Source: a virus (Duplodnaviria; Caudoviricetes). Taken from it: a stretch of 64,000 nucleotides of DNA. Shown piece by piece: positions 54,603 to 60,266 of this stretch (positions are counted from its first letter, which is position 1; each line of letters opens with the position of its first letter). The stretch is taken from positions 1,274 to 65,273 of IMG/VR virus record IMGVR_UViG_3300028833_000158. One strand, given 5' to 3'. Under the pieces are notes generated by a model, which worked only from the letters and a program-made list of their open reading frames with translations, had not been told where the DNA came from and did no database searches. Made by a program: the position numbers and the translations under genes.

Positions 54603-55202
54603 ATGGAAATAGCATTTTATATTCTGTTAGTGAGCTGGGTAATACTGCTTGCGTGTTGTATAGTTGCTATATCGCGTTTTAAGAAGGCTAATGACAGTCT
54701 TGACACCAGCCTTGATACGGTGATTGAGCGTAATGAAGAGATTCAGAGCCTTATGAATCAGCTTGATGTCGCCGAGCAGGACATAGACTTTTGGAAAGAT
54801 ACATGCGACAAGATGCAGTGGACAATAAATGATCTCAATAAACGCATAGGTAACATGAAAGCCACTGAAGAAAACGGAAGTATTCTATATGTGGATAAGG
54901 GGAACATTGAGTATGTCAATGCAGCTATCGATATAAGCGCTAATGTAATAAAAGATATTACTGAAGGTAGACTTGATATTGATCAAGTAGAAGACTCATT
55001 ACGTTTTAACATTAAGCGTGTGATGATGGACGAACTGCTGTCACATGCTAAGTTCTATGTGACTTATGATATTTCAAGCAATTCTTATAGTTTTGTAGTA
55101 AGGATTCCTATTGTTGCGTTAAATGGTTCAGAGCGGGAATACAGTAAATGTGCTGGGTATCCGCTTACAAATATTCTGCTTGAAAAGGTTAAGGAGGAAT
55201 AA
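54603..55202 (+). CDS. Membrane-anchored coiled-coil protein
   Basis: N-terminal TM helix followed by heptad repeats. Confidence 0.65.
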   Translation: MEIAFYILLVSWVILLACCIVAISRFKKANDSLDTSLDTVIERNEEIQSLMNQLDVAEQDIDFWKDTCDKMQWTINDLNKRIGNMKATEENGSILYVDKGNIEYVNAAIDISANVIKDITEGRLDIDQVEDSLRFNIKRVMMDELLSHAKFYVTYDISSNSYSFVVRIPIVALNGSEREYSKCAGYPLTNILLEKVKEE

Positions 55203-55203
55203 T

Positions 55204-55473
55204 ATGTTACGTTTAGATTTAAATGATATCAACGAAACAGTCTTATTTGTTAATCCCGTGAATGGTGTTAAGATTCTTAAACAAAAAGATGATGATTCTG
55301 AAGAAACAACCTATGTATTATTAATCGATACGGGTGACATCGTGTGCTATGCTGAATATAATTCAGAAGACATTCGCGATGCGGTTTATGGGTATGTCCT
55401 GAATAAGATTAATGAATACTTATTTCAACAGATTGAAGCTGCTCAGTTGCGTTGTAAGGAGGAAACATGTTAA
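55204..55473 (+). CDS. Hypothetical protein
   Basis: AAGGAGG RBS. Confidence 0.6.
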   Translation: MLRLDLNDINETVLFVNPVNGVKILKQKDDDSEETTYVLLIDTGDIVCYAEYNSEDIRDAVYGYVLNKINEYLFQQIEAAQLRCKEETC

Positions 55474-55703
55474 AAGCTATAGTAACGGTGATGGACGAAA
55501 ATGATAGAATCATTCAGGCTAACAGATTGATATTTGAGACTGATCCTTTTGGTACACCTGTTGGCTGTGGCATTGAGCATGACTTTCATTTTAAGATCAT
55601 CACTGCAGATGAAGAGCTTATACGTAAGGTCACAGAAGAAGGTCTTAAACTTAGTGCTGAAGAAATTCATAAAATGATAATTCATAAAATGATGGAGGAA
55701 TAG
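55467..55703 (+). CDS. Hypothetical protein
   Basis: AAGGAGG RBS. Confidence 0.6.
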   Translation: MLKAIVTVMDENDRIIQANRLIFETDPFGTPVGCGIEHDFHFKIITADEELIRKVTEEGLKLSAEEIHKMIIHKMMEE

Positions 55704-55704
55704 A

Positions 55705-56118
55705 ATGAACAAGGATGAGATTTTGATAATTATGTATCCTTTTTGGATGAAGAATAATCAACTTAGTTCAATGTATGAAAACATTCTTAAACAAAGAGCA
55801 AATAATCTTATACTTCTTCCGGATTACTGTAAGGTTGTTACAGCACCTAAAGATGTCGAGATTAAGACAGAGATGGAGAATGACGATTCATCTTCACTTT
55901 GGTTACTTGTTGATAATCCGAATTATTCTCCATTTGATCGTAGAACTAGACCAGTAAGTCTGAAATGTGACGTATGTCATAGGCGTATAGACAAATGGGG
56001 TGATGATTATTTGAGATGCCCTTATTGTGGTAAGAAGCATACGTTTGGAGCGGAAGAGGAGAAGGAATATACTAATGAAGAATTAGATGAAGCTTTTGAT
56101 AATGGAAGAGGAGGTTGA
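55705..56118 (+). CDS. Zinc-ribbon protein
   Basis: CDVC...CPYCG; GGAGG RBS. Confidence 0.65.
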   Translation: MNKDEILIIMYPFWMKNNQLSSMYENILKQRANNLILLPDYCKVVTAPKDVEIKTEMENDDSSSLWLLVDNPNYSPFDRRTRPVSLKCDVCHRRIDKWGDDYLRCPYCGKKHTFGAEEEKEYTNEELDEAFDNGRGG

Positions 56119-56124
56119 TATTTT

Positions 56125-56484
56125 ATGGGATACAGACCTACTATATATGTAAATCGTAGACCGAAATTGGAACTTGGTAAATTTTATGGGTATGTAAACA
56201 TGGATAATCTTAAGTCAGTTAAGTGGCTCGAGGATCACGGTAAAATAGAGCTGGATGAGATGTTTGCTGGATACGGACCGGAAATAGATTTTACTGCTGA
56301 TGAGTTTCGTGAATTCTGGGATCTTTATGTTCAGGATATTAACGAATATGTTTGGAAAGAAGACGATTGGATAAGATATGACGAACCATTCAATCCTGAT
56401 TATTATCCTCATGCCTGGAAAAGAGGAACTTTCAAAGAAAACTTATATGATACAGACGATGTAAAGACTATTAAGTGGTTTTAA
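56125..56484 (+). CDS. Hypothetical protein
   Basis: AGGAGG RBS; MGYR...Y, GKFYGY. Confidence 0.7.
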   Translation: MGYRPTIYVNRRPKLELGKFYGYVNMDNLKSVKWLEDHGKIELDEMFAGYGPEIDFTADEFREFWDLYVQDINEYVWKEDDWIRYDEPFNPDYYPHAWKRGTFKENLYDTDDVKTIKWF

Positions 56485-56499
56485 GGAGGATTGATATTC

Positions 56500-56686
56500 T
56501 ATGCGGTGGCGGAATAGGTAGACGCAAATACAAATTCATGAGGATTCCAGCAGCTAACGGTTGGCAGTCATGCGAGGGTTGAGACTACGTGCCGAAAAAG
56601 CGGGACCAGGTGGAGATCATTAAACTCAAATCATGAAGAAAAAGACCGTATGTAAGGTGACAGAAATTCAAATCCTTACCCGCATA
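56500..56686 (+). ncRNA. Oversized tRNA-like element (Leu/Ser-type D arm, no canonical anticodon arm)
   Basis: Perfect TATGCGG/CCGCATA acceptor stem, TG-GCGGAATAGGTAGACGC D arm, GTAAGG/CCTTAC T stem with TTCAAAT; ~125-nt structured insert; no encoded CCA. Confidence 0.6.
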
Positions 56687-56705
56687 TTAAAAGAAAGGAG
56701 GAACA

Positions 56706-56909
56706 ATGAAAGTTTCCGAACTATATAATGAAATGCTTAAGTTATTGGAAGACGGAAAAGGAAATTATGAAATTATGATTCGCGTTGCGGACGATGACGA
56801 AAAAAGGGATTTGATATCTCATATTGACAATGTTAAATCTTTTTCTTCAAAAGTTGGATATGTTGAACTGACATCTGTTAATAACGCGTATTTAGATTGG
56901 AGAGAATGA
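56706..56909 (+). CDS. Hypothetical protein
   Basis: AAAGGAGG RBS. Confidence 0.6.
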   Translation: MKVSELYNEMLKLLEDGKGNYEIMIRVADDDEKRDLISHIDNVKSFSSKVGYVELTSVNNAYLDWRE

Positions 56910-56942
56910 CATTTGGTTCAAAGTAAGGAGGATTGATATTCT

Positions 56943-58103
56943 ATGATCGATCTTGACAAAATGCTTTACGATCATCAGAAGAAAGCAATCCGTAATATGA
57001 GGAACGGTTGTATACTTAATGGTGGAGTGGGGTCTGGGAAATCTCGGACCTCACTTGCTTACTATTACCAGAAAGAAAAAGATCGTCCTCTTTATATTAT
57101 CACCACTGCTATGAAGCGTGATTCAAGAGAGTGGGAAGAAGAGGTTTTATATTTCTTTCCTTGTAAAGCCACGGCAATAGACAGTTGGAATAATATTAAG
57201 AAATACACGGATGTAAAAGATGCTTTCTTTATATTTGACGAAGACCGTGTTACAGGCTATGGCGCATGGGTTAAGGCATTTCTCAAGATAACAAAGTCTA
57301 ACCATTGGATAATATTATCAGCTACGCCTGGAGACACATGGTCTGATTATATTCCTGTATTCATAGCTAATGGTTTCTATCGTAATAAGACAGAATTCAC
57401 GCAAAAGCATGTCATATGGAATCGTTATACTACCTTTCCTAAAATAGATGGTTATGTTCATACTGGATATTTAAATGGCCTTCGTAGGAAAGTTCTAGTT
57501 AATATGGAAGACGAAAGGAAGACAGTACAGCACCATGAAGATATTTATTGTACGTATCCGATTACGGATTATAAGCGTGTTATTAAAGATCGCTGGGATA
57601 TTTTCAAAGAGGAACCATTCCAGAATGCAGGAGCGATGTGCTATTGCCTCAGGAAAGTTGTTAACTCAGACCCTAGCAGACTTGATAAGGTATATGATAT
57701 TACAGAACGGAAGGGAAAGGCTATCATATTCTACAACTACGATTACGAACTTGAGCGACTTAAGGCTGGATTTGCAGATGGATATTTTGAAGTTGCGGAA
57801 TGGAACGGACACCGACATCAAGAAATTCCTGTTGAGAGTGAAAGATGGATATACTTGGTGCAATACAATTCTGGGTCAGAAGGATGGAATTGTGTCTTAA
57901 CTGACACTATTATATTTTACTCGCAGACATACAGCTATAAGCAATTGAAGCAGGCGTGTGGTAGAATAGATAGGATTAATACTCCTTACCATGATTTATA
58001 TTTTTATCATCTTAAGAGTCGTTCGGGCATTGATCTGGCAATCAGTCGTGCACTTGCTGATAAGAAGAACTTTAATGAGAATGATTTTGTTGTTGGGATG
58101 TAG
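56943..58103 (+). CDS. SF2 (SNF2/DEAD-like) helicase
   Basis: LYDHQ, GGVGSGKS, IFDE, ILSATP, EGWN, QACGRIDR. Confidence 0.9.
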   Translation: MIDLDKMLYDHQKKAIRNMRNGCILNGGVGSGKSRTSLAYYYQKEKDRPLYIITTAMKRDSREWEEEVLYFFPCKATAIDSWNNIKKYTDVKDAFFIFDEDRVTGYGAWVKAFLKITKSNHWIILSATPGDTWSDYIPVFIANGFYRNKTEFTQKHVIWNRYTTFPKIDGYVHTGYLNGLRRKVLVNMEDERKTVQHHEDIYCTYPITDYKRVIKDRWDIFKEEPFQNAGAMCYCLRKVVNSDPSRLDKVYDITERKGKAIIFYNYDYELERLKAGFADGYFEVAEWNGHRHQEIPVESERWIYLVQYNSGSEGWNCVLTDTIIFYSQTYSYKQLKQACGRIDRINTPYHDLYFYHLKSRSGIDLAISRALADKKNFNENDFVVGM

Positions 58104-58142
58104 TAAATAATTCATGCCTTCTTATGAAAGGAGGAAATATTT

Positions 58143-58403
58143 ATGTTTGAAAACAAAGCTTTTGAAAAGATTTATTACTCGAGATTTATAGCATCTTGGT
58201 ATAATTCTGGAGGAAAGCGTATCAGATCATACGTTGACAGTGAAAAGAGACCTAACGATTTTGTTAGGTGGCTTCGCACGTTAACTATAAATGATAAGCA
58301 AATTCCGGAAGATGTAATCAAGGATATTCTCGAAATGGCAACAAATGGCAAGGCAGAGTTGGAATGGAACTTAAACAAATACTTAAAAGAGATTGGGCAG
58401 TAA
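58143..58403 (+). CDS. Conserved hypothetical protein
   Basis: I.YSRFIASW...GG, F..WL..L, I..MA.NGK.ELE; stop in the CAGTAATG hairpin loop. Confidence 0.75.
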   Translation: MFENKAFEKIYYSRFIASWYNSGGKRIRSYVDSEKRPNDFVRWLRTLTINDKQIPEDVIKDILEMATNGKAELEWNLNKYLKEIGQ

Positions 58404-58463
58404 TGCCCTTTCCCTTTTATTTTGTAAATAATTCACTTCCTATTATGAAAGGAGGTGATGAAT

Positions 58464-58655
58464 ATGACTTATGGAGAATTCAAAGACGTAGTTAAAAAGA
58501 CTTATCCGAATAGCGAGAATCATTTTGCAATTGGAGGCGGAATATTATTAAAGATGCCTTCATGGAAAGATGAAGAGATTAACGCATTGACGGTAAAAAG
58601 TTATGAACAGGATAGCTACGACGATGAAAACTGGTTTTTTGTCACAGCAAAGTAA
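58464..58655 (+). CDS. Hypothetical protein
   Basis: AAAGGAGGTG RBS. Confidence 0.65.
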   Translation: MTYGEFKDVVKKTYPNSENHFAIGGGILLKMPSWKDEEINALTVKSYEQDSYDDENWFFVTAK

Positions 58656-58741
58656 CAAATTAAGAGGGCTTGATATTTGATCAGGCTCTCTTATTCTTTT
58701 CGTAATTAATTCACTTCCTATTATGAAAGGAGGTAATTATT

Positions 58742-58957
58742 ATGACTAATAAAAGTTTTGAAAACACAATGATGGCACTTATTGAAGTTGGAAAACTGAT
58801 TAAGTTTGACGAGACCAGCAGTGATTACACTGATGATCTTTGTGACAAGTTAGCAGAAGTAACTAAAATATTGTCATCTATGTATGGTGATCAACAACTT
58901 AGAAAGAGTAAAAAACTCAATAAAAAACTTGAAGAAATATACGGAGATTGGGGCTGA
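58742..58957 (+). CDS. Hypothetical protein
   Basis: AAAGGAGG RBS. Confidence 0.65.
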   Translation: MTNKSFENTMMALIEVGKLIKFDETSSDYTDDLCDKLAEVTKILSSMYGDQQLRKSKKLNKKLEEIYGDWG

Positions 58958-59019
58958 AATATGCCCCTTTCCCTTTTATTTTTTATCGAAGGTTTATCAT
59001 TTGGGCTATTTTTGGGTCA

Positions 59020-59290
59020 AAAAATCGTGGTTAAAAATGTGGTTAAAAATAACCATTTGGTTAAAAATATTTAACCATTTGCAAAATTTTTTGGAATTTT
59101 TGGTTAAAAATGTAAAAATTTTTAACCAAATGGTTAAAAATAAAAAATTTTTAACCAGGCTGAAACCCAGTATTCATGCGGGTTTCAGAGGTTTTTGGTT
59201 AAAAGGTTAAAAATATTTTATAATTAATGTGAAAAAAAAATATGTATATATAATAATATAGAAAAATTTTTAACCATTTAACCAAAATGA
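59020..59290. repeat. AT-rich iteron-like region, candidate replication origin
   Basis: GGTTAAAAAT at 59029, 59041, 59059, 59102, 59132 and later, inverted TTTTTAACC copies interleaved, plus a long A/T-only stretch. Confidence 0.65.
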
Positions 59291-59313
59291 TATTTTTCAC
59301 GATTTTTAGAGTT

Positions 59314-59369
59314 TCGCAAAAAAATGTTGCCCTTTTATGGGAGAGAAGGTTATATGATGACCTTTTCTC
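59314..59369 (+). promoter_or_regulatory. Promoter-like motif plus 5' hairpin upstream of the nuclease/RNAP operon
   Basis: TCGCAAAAAAATGTTGCCCTTTTATGG (G59316 to ATG 59337), then GAGAAGGT..ACCTTTTCTC stem. Confidence 0.7.
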
Positions 59370-59411
59370 TTATTTTTATTTTTGTGTTTGGATTTTGGGA
59401 AGGAGACAAAC

Positions 59412-59732
59412 ATGAAGACGAGTAAGCAAAGACAGTACAAAAAAGAAGAAAGGAAGTTTCAATCTAGTCTTATACGAGAAATCAAAGAAAGGTTCCCTGG
59501 TTCGATGGTCTTGAAGAATGATCCGAATTATATTCAGGGAATTCCGGATTTGTTAGTATTGTATAACAAGCGTTGGGCGTCTTTGGAATGCAAACGTTCG
59601 TCGTCTAGTACTCACCAACCAAATCAGGATTATTATGTTGACAAGATGAACAAAATGTCATTCAGTCGATTTATATTTCCCGAGAATAAGGAGGAGGTAC
59701 TAGATGATCTGGAACAATCATTCAAATCTTGA
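59412..59732 (+). CDS. VRR-NUC/Holliday junction resolvase-like nuclease
   Basis: E..FQ..L..EIK.RFPG..V.KND...IQGIPDL.VL....WA.LECKRS. Confidence 0.8.
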   Translation: MKTSKQRQYKKEERKFQSSLIREIKERFPGSMVLKNDPNYIQGIPDLLVLYNKRWASLECKRSSSSTHQPNQDYYVDKMNKMSFSRFIFPENKEEVLDDLEQSFKS

Positions 59733-60264
59733 AGGCCAGCACGCTTTTATGAGTGCGAGCAAATTTCAGTGGATTAATTACACAGATATGAAATTGCTTG
59801 AAACTTATAACAACATGATGGCTGCACAAAGAGGAACTGAGTTACATGCATTTGCAGCTCAGTGTATTAAGCTTAGACAAAAATTAAAAGGCAAAGATAA
59901 TTTAGCAAACTATGTAAATGATGCAGTCGGATTTGGAATGACTCCTGAAGTTGTTTTATATTATTCCGATGTTTGCTTTGGTACTGCCGATGCTATTAAG
60001 TTTGATGAGAAGAAAAAGTTTTTAAGGATTCACGATTTAAAAACTGGTGTCACTAAAGTTCACATGGAACAGCTGGAAGTTTATGCAGCTTTATTTTGTC
60101 TTGAGTATCACATGAAGCCTGGCGATATAGGAATGGAGCTAAGGATATACCAGAATGATGATGTAATGATATTTGAACCTACTGCTGAAAACATAGTTCC
60201 AATTATGGACAAAGCAGTTAGCTTCACAAAACTAATTCATAACAACAATTTAATAGGAGTTTGA
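59704..60264 (+). CDS. PD-(D/E)XK exonuclease (DUF2800/Cas4-like)
   Basis: HAF.SAS...W, GT.LH.FA, FGTADAI, LRIHDLKTG, QL.VYAALF. Confidence 0.8.
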   Translation: MIWNNHSNLEGQHAFMSASKFQWINYTDMKLLETYNNMMAAQRGTELHAFAAQCIKLRQKLKGKDNLANYVNDAVGFGMTPEVVLYYSDVCFGTADAIKFDEKKKFLRIHDLKTGVTKVHMEQLEVYAALFCLEYHMKPGDIGMELRIYQNDDVMIFEPTAENIVPIMDKAVSFTKLIHNNNLIGV

Positions 60265-60266
60265 AA

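Larger units (their letters stand above)
58101..58726 (+). promoter_or_regulatory. Three promoter-like motif copies
   Basis: GTAA(A/T)TAATTCA..Y.CY.TTATGAAAGGAGG with G at 58103, 58424 and 58702, each 21 nt before ATG. Confidence 0.75.

Noticed and set aside
56500-56686. tmRNA or canonical tRNA-Leu
   Set aside because: No alanine identity (no GGGG start or G3-U70), a D stem is present, the internal frame AEKAGPGGDH lacks an ALAA-type tag, and no 7-nt anticodon loop in a 5-bp stem is positioned correctly.
58884-59210. 108-aa ORF across the AT-rich repeats
   Set aside because: Its composition (K/W/L/F/N repeats) simply reflects the GGTTAAAAAT iterons; no RBS.
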